Shown: piece after piece, positions 1-13,075 of the stretch
Layout of the letters: each line of letters starts with the position of its first letter
How positions within the stretch are numbered: the first letter of the stretch is position 1
Source: Macrostomum lignano
Lineage: Eukaryota
NCBI GenBank assembly: GCA_002269645.1
Contig: NIVC01004357.1
Location: 1-48,901 of the forward strand
Reading direction: 5' to 3'
DNA length: 48,901 bases
The notes under the pieces: model-generated
Told to the model about the DNA's origin: nothing
The model's input: only the letters and a program-made list of their open reading frames with translations
The model's database searches: none
Program-made: the position numbers and the translations under genes

Positions 1-1272
1 ATAGTGGCAACTCAGCGTTGAAACTTATATGGGAAGATTGGAAATTATCCCGAGGTCGCTATAGGCTATTTTTAATACTGAAATTTTAATTTCTAAGATC
101 CTCAAAAAAGCAGAAAACTTGAATCTTGACCTTTGATAATTCTTAATTGTCCCCTCTTTCTGCTTGGAGCTGAAAAAATGCATGAATTTTTTAGTGATTG
201 CGCCACAACTTTTCCCTATCTCTGTAGTGTATTTTCTTTCCAGTGGGAGGTGGGAGCGTTCTCAGTGGCTGCGTGTGTACACTTGGACCCTAGCTAACTG
301 GCGGACAGTGAAATTTAATGCATCAACTTGCGAGCCTCTTTAGCAGGCAGTGAACGTACACTCGATATTTCAATGCTTTAAATCAAAAAGTTTCAAATGC
401 TAACTGTTGCTCGATTTTTTGAACTTGAGAGGAGAGACTTATATTGCTGAAAAGGTCTTTGCAACGCTGAGTTCAGGATATAAGTTGTTTGCTTTAACTG
501 TAAAAATTAAAAAGCACATCATTCAAAAAACGATTTCATTACTTTTAATTTTAACTTGCTGCAAAGATTGTACTTATTTTTTGCGATAGGTCAGAGATAA
601 ATTTGGGGGGGTTCAATTGCTAATTGCCACTGCGTAGTGGAAGGCGGTCAGGCGCTGTGTATTAGACGGCTGATTTAGATTGCGCAATGTTTTTCTTAAC
701 TTTAACTGAGACTGATTCTGACTGACTGTGAAATCGGTTGCGCCATCAATTTGTTTTATTATCTGTGCCTTTCAATAGGCTGCCCTGTGTAGTAGCCGGC
801 CTGTGTAATGAATGAACAAACTTGCGAGCCTCTTTGGCAGGCAGTGAACGTACACTCGATGGTTTCAATGCTTTAAACGGGAACTTTCAAACGCTAACTG
901 CTCTTCGAGTTCTAAACTTTAAGAGAAGAGACTTATGCTGCTGAAAAGATCTTGCAACACTGAGTTCGAGGATATAAATTGTTTGCTTTAAATATAAAGA
1001 CTAAAAGCACAGCATACAAAAACTATTTCCATACTTTTAGCTTTCTGCAAAGATTGTACTCATTTTTAGTTCAATGCCCCAACACCCGGTTCAATTTCTA
1101 ACTGCCACTGCGTATTGAAAAGGGGTCGGTCACTGTGTACTGGAGGGTTGATTTAATTGCGCAATCTTTTTAACTTTAACTGAGACTGATACTGACTGAC
1201 TGTGAAATCGGTTGCGCAATCAATTGATTCAATTGGTTCAATTTTTTATTTGACACGCAGCTGTGTGTAGCT

Positions 1273-1308
1273 CTAACCCTAACCCTAACCCTAACAATAA
1301 CCCTAACC
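1273..1308. repeat. Interstitial telomere-type (CTAACC)n tract
   Basis: CTAACC x3, CTAACAATAACC, CTAACC; near-identical copy at 6252-6287. Confidence 0.9.
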
Positions 1309-1569
1309 AATGAATCCTGATATTTTATTCTTTTTGACGGAGAAAATTTCGATTGAGTCCAGTTTAAAAAGAGAGAATTTCGATGGTTTTCAGTTTCACG
1401 AAGAGGATTTCTGTTTTGCGGAGAGGATTTCGATGGTATTCAGTTTCACGAAGAGGATGTCGATGGTTTTCAGTTGCACAGACAAGATTTCTGCTTCGCG
1501 GAGAGGATCTTGATGGATTTAAGATGGATTTTAAGATGGATTTTAAGATGGATGGATTAAGATAGATTT

Positions 1570-2100
1570 GAGATAATAAGAGAGAGAATAGATGAGGGAT
1601 AAGAGCATCCAGAGGAAATAGAAGAGAGGGGAGTGTAGAGGAGACAAAAGAGTGAGATGGGGGATGAGAAATGAGAGAGAGGGGAGAGAGAAGAGAGGAG
1701 AAAAGAGGGGAGAAAGGAGACAGGAGAGAGTACAGAAGAAAGACCAGGAGAAGATTTAAATAAGGTAGTAGAGATGAGAGGAGAGAGAGGAGAGAGAAGC
1801 GAAAGGAGAAGAAAGAGAGGAGAGCGGAGAGAGATGAAAGATCAGAGATAAGAGAGTGTAGAGAGGAAAGTAGTGAGGAGAGGAGAGATGAGAGATGCGA
1901 TAAAAAGAGATGAGTGAGAACATAAGAGAGAAGAGATTAGAGATTAGAGAAGAGAGGGGAGAAGATGACAGGAGCAATGAAGAGGATAGAAAAGAGAGAA
2001 GAGAAGAGACAGGGATAGTGGAAAGGAGTAAAGAAGGATATGAGACAAGAAAGTAGAGTGTGAGAGCGTATATGAGATATGAGAAATGAGAGCAGAGAGG

Positions 2101-2132
<32 letters not shown>

Positions 2133-2400
2133 GGTTAAGAGAGACGATAGATAAGTGAGTAGAGATGACATATGAGAGAGGAGAGAAGAAGGAGAGATAA
2201 GAGAGAAGAGAGGAGACAAGAGACAGAAGTGAAGAGGAGATATGAGAGAAGAGAGGAGACAAGAGACAGGAGAGGTACAGACGAAAGACGAGGGAGAAGA
2301 CATAAATAAGGAAGTAGGGGTAGAGATGAGATGAGAGAGAGGAGAGAGAAGAGAGTCACGATAATAACAAAGAGAGGAGAGAGGAGATATGAGAGACATG
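1570..2400. repeat. Representative GA-rich (polypurine) block of the array unit
   Basis: Almost purely A/G on the + strand with conserved sub-motifs. Homologous blocks at ~3740-4740, 6550-7380, 8725-9560, 11400-12430, 23965-24670, 26195-27195, 28605-29515, 33865-34260, 35750-36515, 38180-38880, 40650-41600, 43115-43815 and 45725-46645. Confidence 0.9.
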
Positions 2401-3495
2401 AAAGTCTTTGAGCTATGGTCTTTAAAAGGTTTTGCAAAAAATTTGGAGAAGATTTGGAAGATAGGGTTCAAGACATGGAATTTCAGTTGATGGATATTTC
2501 AGGAAATGGAATTCCGGTGATGGAAGTTCTTCCCCTTTCACCTCCGAAGGAGGAGTTCCACTCGTATATACTAAAGTTGACGCGTTGTTTGTCTGTCTGT
2601 ATGTCTGTCTGTATGTCTGTCTGTATGTCTGTCTGTCATTTCGACAACTCCTCCTTGAATAGTGCCAACTCAGCGTTGAAACTTATATGGGAAGATTGGA
2701 AATTATCCGAGGTCGGCTATAGGCTATTTTAATTCTGAAATTTTAATTTCTAAGATCCTCAAAAAAGCAGAAAACTTGAATCTTGACCTTTGATAATCCT
2801 AATTGTCCGCCTCTTTCTGCTTGGAGCTGAAAAATGCATGAATTTTTAGTGATTGCGCCACAACTTTTCCCTATCTCTGTAGTGTATTTTCTTTCCAGTG
2901 GGGGTTGGGAGCGTTCTCAGTGGCTGCGTGTGTACACTTGGACCCTGGCTCACTGGCTGACTGTATAGATAATTGCGCAATGATATGGCTACTGATAAGT
3001 TTTCCTGCCTTTCAATGGGCAGCCCTGTGTATTTGTTGGACATTGAAATTCAATGCATCAACTTGCAAGCAGGCAGTCAACGTACACTCGATACTTCAAT
3101 GCAATAAATCAGACAGTTTTAAACGCTAACTGTTCCTCGAGTTTTAAACTTTGATAGGAGAAACTGATATTGCTGGAAAGATCTTGCAACGCTGAGTTCG
3201 GGATATAAGTTGTTTGCTTTAAATATGAAAAGAAAAAGCACAGCATTTGAAAAACTATTTCCATACTTTTAACTTGCTGCAAAGATTGTACTCAGTTTTG
3301 CGAGACGTAATAGATAAATCTGGGGGGAGGGTTCAACTTCTCACTGCTGCTGTGTATTGGAGGGTTGATTTAGATTGCGCAATGCTTTTGTTAACTTTAA
3401 CTGAGACTGATACTGACTGACTGTGAAATCGGTTGCGCAATGAATTGATTCAATTAGTTCAATCAGTTTCTTTTAACACGATGCTGTGCGTAGTT

Positions 3496-3519
3496 CTAAC
3501 CCTAACCCTAACCCTAACC
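3496..3519. repeat. Interstitial telomere-type (CTAACC)4 tract
   Basis: Read directly; equivalent 4-copy tracts at 8478-8501, 37614-37637 and 45308-45331. Confidence 0.9.
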
Positions 3520-4885
3520 AATGAATCCGGAGAGTTGAGTTGTTTGACGGAAAAAATTCGATTAAGTCCAGTTTAGCGGAGACGATTTCAATGTTTTAAT
3601 TTTGACGGAGAGGATTTCTGTTTCGTGAGAGGATTTCGATGGTGTTCAGTTTCACGGAGAGGATTTCGATGGTTTTCAGTTGCACGGACAGGATTTCTGC
3701 TTTGCGGAGAGGATCTTGATAGATTTGGCATCTTCAATTAGTCAGAGAAGAGAGTAAAGAGAAGAATGAAAAGAGAAGAGAGATGAGATGATAGAAAACA
3801 GAGTAGAAATGAGTGGAGAGATTAGACATGACAGATGGGAGAGAAGAGGGGATTTAGGCGGGAACGAAGAGGGAGAGAGAAGAAAAGAGGAGAGACGAGA
3901 GAAAATAGATTAGTGATAAGAGCGTACAGAGAAAATAGAAGAGAGGGGAGAGTAGAGGAGAAAGAAAGAGTGAGATGAGGGGATGAGGGATGAGAGAGGA
4001 GGGGAGACAGGAGAGACAAGAAAGGAGAAAAGAGGGAGAAAGGAGAAAGGAGAGAGTAGAGACGAAGGACCAGTTAGAAGATATAAATACGGTAGTAGAG
4101 ATGAGAGGAGAGATAGGAGAGAGAAGCGAGAGAAGAAGCGAGAGGAGAAGAGAAAGAGGAGAGAGGAGAGAGATGAAATAGATAAGAGAGTTAAGAGAGG
4201 AGAGTAGTGAGGAGAGGAGAGATGAGAGATGCGATGATAAGAGATGAGTGAGAACATAAGAGAGAAGAGAGAAGAGATTAGAGAAGAGAGGGAGAAGATA
4301 AAAGGAGCAAGGGGAGGAGAAAAGAGAGAATGGAGAGGATAGAAAAGAGAGAAGAGAAGAGACAGGGAAAAGTGGAAAGGAGGAAAGAAAGATTGGAGAC
4401 AAGTAAGTGGAGTGTGAGAGCGTATATGAGATATGAGAAATGAGAGCAGAGAGGAAAGAAAAGAGAAGAGAGAGAGGGTTAAGAGAGACGATAGATAAGT
4501 GAATAGGGATGACATATAAAAGAGGAGAGAAGAGGGAGAGATAAGAGAGAAGAGAGAAGACAGGAGACAGAAGTGAAAAGGAGAGATATGAGAGAAGAGA
4601 GGAGACAAGAGACAGGAGAGGGTACAGACGAAAGACGAGGGAGAAAACATAAATAAGGGAGTACGGGTAGAGATGAGATGAGAGAGAGGAGAGAGAAGAG
4701 AGTCACGATAATAGCACAGAGTGGAGAGAGTAGATATGAGAGACGTGAGAGTCTTTGAGCTATGGTCTTTGAAAGGTTTTCTAAAGAATTTGGAGACGAT
4801 TTGGAAGATAGGGTTCAAGACATGGAATTTCAGTTGATGGATATTTCAGGGAATGGAATTCCGGTGATGGGAGTTCTTCCCCTTT

Positions 4886-4911
4886 CTCCTCCGAAGGAGG
4901 AGTTCCACTCG
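4886..4911 (+). terminator. Representative 3'-terminal hairpin plus CTCG (Helitron-type end signal)
   Basis: CTCCTCC-GAA-GGAGGAG (4886-4902), then TTCCA and CTCG (4908-4911). The hairpin recurs at 17 junctions. Not a transcription terminator; closest available type. Confidence 0.65.
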
Positions 4912-7082
4912 TAAATATACTAAAGTTGACGCGTTGTTTGTCTGTCTGTGTGTCTGTCATTTCGACAACTCCTCCTTGAATAGTGGCAACTCAGCGTTGA
5001 AACTTATATGGGAAGATTGGAAATTATCCGAGGTCGGCTATAGGCTATTTTAATACTGAAATTTTAATTTCTAAGATCCTCAAAAAAGCAGAAAACTTGA
5101 ATCTTGACCTTTGATAATCTTAATTGTCCCCTCTTTCTGCTTGGAGCTGAAAAAATGCATGAATTTTTAGTGATTGCGCCACAACTTTTCCCTATCTCTG
5201 TAGTGTATTTTCTTTCCAGTGGGAGGTGGGAGCGTTCTCAGTGGCTGCGTGTGTACACTTGGACCCTAGCTAACTGGCGGACAGTGAAATTCAATGCATC
5301 AACTTGCGAGCCTCTTTAGCAGGCAGTGAACGTACACTCGATATTTCAATGCTTTAAATCAAAAAGTTTCAAATGCTAACTGTTGCTCGATTTTTGAACT
5401 TTGAGAGGAGAGACTTATATTGCTGAAAAGGTCTTGCAACGCTGAGTTCAGGGATATAAGTTGTTTGCTTTAACTGTAAAAATTAAAAGCACATCATTCA
5501 AAAAACGATTTCATTACTTTTAATTTTAACTTGCTGCAAAGATTGTACTTATTTTTGCGATAGGTCAGAGATAAATTTGGGGGGGTTCAATTGCTAATTG
5601 CCACTGCGTAGTGGAAGGCGGTCAGGCGCTGTGTATTAGACGGCTGATTTAGATTGCGCAATGTTTTTCTTAACTTTAACTGAGACTGATTCTGACTGAC
5701 TGTGAAATCGGTTGCGCCATCAATTTGTTTTATTATCTGTGCCTTTCAATAGGCTGCCCTGTGTAGTAGCCGGCCTGTGTAATGAATGAACAAACTTGCG
5801 AGCCTCTTTGGCAGGCAGTGAACGTACACTCGATGGTTCAATGCTTTAAAACGGGAACTTTCAAACGCTAACTGCTCTTCGAGTTCTAAACTTTAAGAGA
5901 AGAGACTTATGCTGCTGAAAAGATCTTGCAACACTGAGTTCGAGGATATAAATTGTTTGCTTTAAATATAAAGACTAAAAGCACAGCATACAAAAACTAT
6001 TTCCATACTTTTAGCTTTCTGCAAAGATTGTACTCATTTTTAGTTCAATGCCCCCAACACCCGGGTTCAATTTCTAACTGCCACTGCGTATTGAAAAGGG
6101 GTCGGTCACTGTGTACTGGAGGGTTGATTTAAATTGCGCAATCTTTTTTAACTTTAACTGAGACTGATACTGACTGACTGTGAAATCGGTTGCGCAATCA
6201 ATTGATTCAATTGGTTCAATTTTTTATTTGGACACGCAGCTGTGTGTAGCTCTAACCCTAACCCTAACCCTAACAATAACCCTAACCAATGAATCCTGAT
6301 ATTTTATTCTTTTTGACGGAGAAAATTTCGATTGAGTCCAGTTTAAAAGAGAGAATTTCGATGGTTTTCAGTTTCACGAAGAGGATTTCTGTTTTGCGGA
6401 GAGGATTTCGATGGTATTCAGTTTCACGAAGAGGATGTCGATGGTTTTCAGTTGCACAGACAAGATTTCTGCTTCGCGGAGAGGATCTTGATGGATTTAA
6501 GATGGATTTTAAGATGGATTTTAAGATGGATGGATTTAAGATAGATTTGAGATAATAAGAGAGAGAATAGATGAGGGATAAGAGCATCCAGAGGAAATAG
6601 AAGAGAGGGGAGTGTAGAGGAGAACAAAAGAGTGAGATGGGGATGAGAAATGAGAGAGGAGGGGAGAGAGAAGAGAGGAGAAAAGAGGGGAGAAAGGAGA
6701 CAGGAGAGAGTACAGAAGAAAGACCAGGGAGAAGATTTAAATAAGGTAGTAGAGATGAGAGGAGAGAGAGGAGAGAGAAGCGAAAGGAGAAGAAAGAGAG
6801 GAGAGCGGAGAGAGATGAAAGATCAGAGATAAGAGAGTGTAGAGAGGAAAGTAGTGAGGAGAGGAGAGATGAGAGATGCGATAAAAAGAGATGAGTGAGA
6901 ACATAAGAGAGAAGAGATTAGAGATTAGAGAAGAGAGGGGAGAAGATGACAGGAGCAATGAAGAGGATAGAAAAGAGAGAAGAGAAGAGACAGGGGATAG
7001 TGGAAAGGAGTAAAGAAGGATATGAGACAAGAAAGTAGAGTGTGAGAGCGTATATGAGATATGAGAAATGAGAGCAGAGAGG

Positions 7083-7114
<32 letters not shown>

Positions 7115-10100
7115 GGTTAAGAGAGACGATAGATAAGTGAGTAGAGATGACATATGAGAGAGGAGAGAAGAAGGAGAGATAAGAGAGAAGAGAGGAGACA
7201 AGAGACAGAAGTGAAGAGGAGAGATATGAGAGAAGAGAGGAGACAAGAGACAGGAGAGGGTACAGACGAAAGACGAGGGAGAAGACATAAATAAGGAAGT
7301 AGGGGTAGAGATGAGATGAGAGAGAGGAGAGAGAAGAGAGTCACGATAATAACAAAGAGAGGAGAGAGGAGATATGAGAGACATGAAAGTCTTTGAGCTA
7401 TGGTCTTTAAAAGGTTTTGCAAAAAAATTGGAGAAGATTTGGAAGATAGGGTTCAAGACATGGAATTTCAGTTGATGGATATTTCAGGAAATGGAATTCC
7501 GGTGATGGAAGTTCTTCCCCTTTCACCTCCGAAGGAGGAGTTCCACTCGTATATACTAAAGTTGACGCGTTGTTTGTCTGTCTGTATGTCTGTCTGTATG
7601 TCTGTCTGTATGTCTGTCTGTCATTTCGACAACTCCTCCTTGAATAGTGCCAACTCAGCGTTGAAACTTATATGGGAAGATTGGAAATTATCCGAGGTCG
7701 GCTATAGGCTATTTTAATTCTGAAATTTTAATTTCTAAGATCCTCAAAAAAGCAGAAAACTTGAATCTTGACCTTTGATAATCCTAATTGTCCCCTCTTT
7801 CTGCTTGGAGCTGAAAAATGCATGAATTTTTAGTGATTGCGCCACAACTTTTCCCTATCTCTGTAGTGTATTTTCTTTCCAGTGGGGTTGGAGCGTTCTC
7901 AGTGGCTGCGTGTGTACACTTGGACCCTGGCTCACTGGCTGACTGTATAGATAATTGCGCAATGATATGGCTACTGATAAGTTTTCCTGCCTTTCAATGG
8001 GCAGCCCTGTGTATTTGTTGGACATTGAAATTCAATGCATCAACTTGCAAGCAGGCAGTCAACGTACACTCGATACTTCAATGCAATAAATCAGACAGTT
8101 TTAAACGCTAACTGTTCCTCGAGTTTTAAACTTTGATAGGAGAAACTGATATTGCTGGAAAGATCTTGCAACGCTGAGTTCGGGATATAAGTTGTTTGCT
8201 TTAAATATGAAAAGAAAAAGCACAGCATTTGAAAAACTATTTCCATACTTTTAACTTGCTGCAAAGATTGTACTCAGTTTTGCGAGACGTAATAGATAAA
8301 TCTGGGGGAGGGTTCAACTTCTCACTGCTGCTGTGTATTGGAGGGTTGATTTAGATTGCGCAATGCTTTTGTTAACTTTAACTGAGACTGATACTGACTG
8401 ACTGTGAAATCGGTTGCGCAATGAATTGATTCAATTAGTTCAATCAGTTGTCTTTTAACACGATGCTGTGCGTAGTTCTAACCCTAACCCTAACCCTAAC
8501 CAATGAATCCGGAGAGTTGAGTTGTTTGACGGAAAAAATTCGATTAAGTCCAGTTTAGCGGAGACGATTTCAATGTTTTAATTTTGACGGAGAGGATTTC
8601 TGTTTCGTGGAGAGGATTTCGATGGTGTTCAGTTTCACGGAGAGGATTTCGATGGTTTTCAGTTGCACGGACAGGATTTCTGCTTTGCGGAGAGGATCTT
8701 GATAGATTTGGCATCTTCAATTAGTCAGAGAAGAGAGTAAAGAGAAGAATGAAAAGAGAAGAGAGATGAGATGATAGAAAACAGAGTAGAAATGAGTGGA
8801 GAGATTAGACATGACAGATGGGAGAGAAGAGGGGAGTAAGGCGGGAACGAAGGAGAGAGAAGAGAAGAGGAGAGAGGAGATGAAGGAAGAGGATATGAGA
8901 GAGAAGATATGAGATAGAAGAGAGGAGACAGGACAGAGAAGAAAAGAGGGATAAGAGCGCACAGAGGCAATAGAAGAGAGGAAAGAGAGGAGAGAGGTGA
9001 GAGTTGAGAGGAGAGAGATGAAAAATCAGAGATCAGAGATTTGAGAGAAGAAAGTAGTGAGGAGAAAGAAGAGGGTAAAGATGAGAGTGCAGAGAGGAGA
9101 GAAACGAGAGGAGACAGGTGGTAGAAAGGAGTGTAAAAACAGGAGATAAGAAAGGAGAGAGTGAGAGTGAGAGCATATAGGAAAGTGTAAAAGGGGAGCA
9201 GAGTAGAGAGAATAGATAAGTGAGTAGAGAAGAGATATGAGAGAGGAGAGACGAGGGGAGAGAGGAGACAGGAGAGAGTAAATTTGAAAGACCTGGGAGA
9301 AGAGATAAATAAGATAGTACAGATGAGAGGAGAGAGATGAGAGATGCAAATAGAAAAGAGATAAGTGAGAAAAGAGAGAGAGAGAGATTTGAGAAGAGAG
9401 GGGAAAAGATGAGAGGAGAAAGGAAAGGGGAGAAGAAAAAATGGAGAGGAGAGAAAAGAAAGGTGACAAGAGACGGTAGTAAGGAGGGCAGAAAGATGGA
9501 AGATAAGAAAGGAGAGGGTGATATGAAAGATATGAGATATGAGAAATGAGAGCAGAGACATGAGAGTCCGAGTCTGGACAATGCCAGTGAGTTTTTGCAA
9601 ATAGGGAAAACAAGATATCCGGTAATTGAAATGCATTGTAGAGGATTTGGAGATGATTTGGAAGATGGGATTCAAGTCATGGAATTTCAGCTGATGGGAG
9701 TTCTTCCCCTTCAGAATTCCAGTGATGGGAGTTCTTCCCCTTTCTCCTCCAGAGGAGGAGTTCCACTCGTACATATACTAAAGTTGACGTGTTGTTTGTC
9801 TGTCTGTCTGTGTGTGTGTGTGTGTGTGTGTCATTTCGACAACTCCTCCTTGAATAGTGGCAACTCAGCGTTGAAACTTATATGGGAAGATTGGAAATTA
9901 TCCGAGGTCGGCTATAGGCTATTTTAATTCTGAAATTTTAATTTCTAAGATCCTCAAAAAAGCAGAAAACGGCGGTCTTGACCTTTGATAATCTTAATTG
10001 TCCCCTCTTTCTGCTTGGAGCTGAAAATTTGCATGAATTTCAAGTGATTGCGCCACAACTTTTCCCTATCTATGCAGTGTATTTTCTTTCCAGTGGGGGT

Positions 10101-12089
10101 GGGAGCGTTCTCAGTGGCTGCGTGTGTACACTTGGACCCTGGCTCACTGGCTGACTGTATAGATAATTGCGCAATGATATGGCTACTGATAAGTTTTCCT
10201 GCCTTTCAATGGGCAGTCCTGTGTATTTGTTGGACATTGAAATTCAATGCATCAACTTGCAAGCAGGCAGTGAACGTACACTCGATACTTCAATGCTATA
10301 AATCAGACAGTTTCAAACGCTAACTGTTCCTCGAGTTTTAAACTTTGAAAGAAGAGACTTATATTGCTGGAAAGATCTTGCAACGCTGAGTTCGGGGATA
10401 TAAATTGTTTGCTTTAAATATGAAAAGAAAAAGCACAGCATTTGAAAAACTATTTCCATACTTTTAACTTTTTGCAAATATTGTACTCAGTTTTGCGAGA
10501 CGAAATAGATAAAGTTGGGGGGAGGGTTCAACTTCTCACTACTGCTGTGGATTGGAGGGTTGATTTATATTGCGCAATGTTTTTGTTAACTTTAACTGAG
10601 ACTGATAATGACTGACTGTGAAATCGGTTGCGACATCAATTTGTTTCATTATCTGTGCCTTTTAATAGGCTGCCCTGTGTAATAGCCGGCCTGTGTAATG
10701 AATGAATAAACTTGCGAGCCTCTTTGGCAGGCAGTGAACGTATACTCGATATTTCAATGCTTTAAAACGGGAACTTTCAAACGCTAACTGCTCTTCGAGT
10801 TCTAAACTTTAAGAGAAGAGACTTATACTGCTGAAAAGATCTTGCAACGCTGAGTTCGAGGATATAAAATGTTTCAAAAAACCATTTCCATACTTTTAGC
10901 TTTATGCAAAGATTGTACTCATTTTTTTGTTCAATGCCCCCAAAAGTTTGAGGTTCAATTTCTAACTGCCACTGCGTATTGAAAAGGGGTCGGTCTCTGT
11001 GTACTGGAGGGTTGATTTAGATTGCGCAATTTTTTTGCTAACTTTAACTGAGACTGATACTGACTGACTGTGAAATCGGTTGCGCAATCAATTGATTCAA
11101 TTGGTTCATTTTTTATTTGAACACGCAGCTGTGTAGTAGCTCTAACCCTAACCCTAACCCTTAACAATAACCAATGAATCCTGATATTTATTCTTTTTGA
11201 CGGAGAAAATTTCGATTGAGTCCAGTTTAAAAGAAAGAATTTCGATGGTTTTCAGTTTCACGGAGAGGATTTCTGTTTCGCGGAGAGGATTTCGATTCTC
11301 TTCAGTTTCACGGAGAGGATTTCGATGGTTTTCAGTTGCACGGACAGGATTTCTGCTTCGCGGAGAGGATCTTGATTGATTTGGCATCTTCAATCAGTCA
11401 GAGAAGAGAATAAAAAGAAGAATGAAAAGAGAAGAGATATGAGATGATAGAAAACAGAGTAGAAATGAGTGGAGAGATTAGACATGACAGATGGGAGAGA
11501 AGAGGGGATTAAGGCGGGAACGAAGGACAGAAAAGCGAAGAGGAGAGAGGAGATAAGAGTGGATATATGAGATAGCAAAGGGAGACAAGAGAGATAATAG
11601 GAGAGAGAATAGATGAAGGATAAGAGCGTACAGAGGAAATAGAAGAGAGGGGAGAGTAGAGGAGAAATAAAGAGTGAGATGAGGGATGAGAGATGAGAGA
11701 GGAGCGGAGAGAGAAGAGAGAAAAGAGGAGAAAAAAGGGGAGAAAGGAGACAGACAAGAGTAGAGACGAAAGACGAGGGAGAAGATATAAATAAAGTAGT
11801 AGAGATGAGAGGAGAGGGAGGAGAGAGAAGCGAAAGGAAAAGAGCGAGAGGAGAGAGGAGAGAGATGAAAAATCAGAGATGAGAGAGTTAAGAGAGGGAA
11901 GTAGTGAGGAGAGGAGAGATGAGAGATGCGAGGAGAAGAGATGAGTGAGAACATAAGAGAGAAGAGATTAGAGATTAGAAAAGAGAGAAGAGAAGAGACG
12001 GGGGGTAGTGGAAAGGAGGAAAGAAAGATGGGAGACAAGAAAGTAGAGTCTGAGACCGTATATGAGATATAAGAAATGAGAGCAGAGAG

Positions 12090-12095
<6 letters not shown>

Positions 12096-12167
<72 letters not shown>
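12096..12167. repeat. (AG)36 microsatellite
   Basis: Perfect run read directly; the paralogous run at 41280-41337 is (AG)29. Confidence 0.95.
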
Positions 12168-12170
<3 letters not shown>

Positions 12171-12685
12171 TAAGAGAGACGATAGATAAGTGAGTAGAGA
12201 TGACATATGAGAGAGAAGAGAAGAAGGAGAGATAAGAGAGAAGAGAGGAGACAGGAGACAGAAGTGAAGAATAGAGATGTGATAGAACAGAGAACAGAGG
12301 AGACAGGAGGGGTACAGACGAAAGACGAGGGAGAAGAGATAAATAAGGAAGTAGGGGTAGAGATGAGATGAGAGAGAGGAGAGAGAAGAGAGTCACGATA
12401 ATAGCGAAGAGAGGAGAGAGTAGATATGAGAGACGTAAGAGTCTTTGAGCTATGGTCTTTGAAAGGTTTGTAAAGAATTTGGAGACGATTTGGAAGATGG
12501 GGTTCAAGACATGGAATTTCAGTTGATGGATAATTCAGGGAATGGAATTCCGGTGATGGGAGTTCTTCCCCTTTCTCCTCCGAAGGAGGAGTTCCACTCG
12601 TATATACTAAAGTTGACGCGTTGTTTGTCTGTCTGTATGTCTGTCTGTATGTCTGTCTGTATGTCTGTCTGTCATTTCGACAACT

Positions 12686-12708
12686 CCCGTTGAAAAATTA
12701 TGGAAACA
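12686..12708 (+). repeat. Left terminal inverted repeat of the CMC/EnSpm element
   Basis: CCCGTTGAAAAATTATGGAAACA matches the reverse complement of 22665-22687 at 22/23 positions; the first 18 are identical. Confidence 0.95.
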
Positions 12709-12730
12709 TTTATAGGAACTTTTGCCTATG

Positions 12731-13075
12731 AAAGTTACCAAAAAGTTACCATTCTCGCAGCCAATCGGAAGGCGTACGCGTTAGGAAACATTTACACACA
12801 TAGCCAATCAGAGGGCCGGAATATGGTAACTTTTTGCAGAAAAGTTACCAAAAGTTACCATTTCAATTTTACACGTACGGGGATAGGGAGTTACCAAAAG
12901 TTGCCATTGATGTTTCCATTCGTTTCTGTTGAGAAGCTCCCAAAAGTTCCCAAAAGTTGCCATTGATGTTTCCATTCGCTTCTGGTGAGAAGATCCCAAA
13001 AGTTCCCAAAAGTTGCCATTGATGTTTCCATTCGCTTCTGGTGAGAAGCTCCCAAAAGTTACCAAAAGTTACAAT
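12731..13075. repeat. Left subterminal repeat region: AAAAGTT(A/C/G)CC motifs plus three 56-bp tandem units (12895, 12951, 13007)
   Basis: Motif seen repeatedly, often as 10-bp-spaced pairs (AAAAGTTACCAAAAGTTACC). The 56-bp unit is CAAAAGTTGCCATTGATGTTTCCATTCGCTTCTGGTGAGAAGCTCCCAAAAGTTCC. Short subterminal motifs are typical of CACTA elements. Confidence 0.85.

Larger units (their letters stand above)
1..12685 (+). mobile_element. Head-to-tail array of Helitron-like non-autonomous elements, left segment (junctions after 2564, 4911, 7549, 9769, 12600)
   Basis: Each junction reads hairpin CTCCTCC-NNN-GGAGGAG, TTCCA, CTCG, then T(A/C)-rich...TACTAAAGTTGACG and (GTCT)n. Module order is conserved between units. 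The tandem repetition is certain; the Helitron identity is inferred from the termini. Confidence 0.65.

Noticed and set aside
958-972. GAGTTCGAG resembling a Pol III B-box (possible SINE or tRNA origin of the module)
   Set aside because: Does not complete the GTTCRANNC consensus, varies to GTTCGGG or GTTCAGG in most copies, and has no properly spaced A-box or cloverleaf.
2415-2732. Recurrent ~105-aa ORF MVFKRFCKKFGEDLED... (also 7400, 24690 and variants)
   Set aside because: It spans the unit junction and the GTCT microsatellite, and is frameshifted or truncated in many copies. Recurrence reflects DNA repetition.
2905-3129. Recurrent Cys-containing 74-aa ORF MGAFSVAACVHLDPG...
   Set aside because: The start is usually non-ATG, a homopolymer at its 5' end changes frame, it is absent in several subfamilies, and no domain is recognisable.
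4852-4863. GGAATTCC palindrome near each unit's 3' end as an NF-kB site
   Set aside because: Lacks the outer G/C of GGGRNNYYCC, mutates to AGAATTCC in several copies, and is too short to support a claim.
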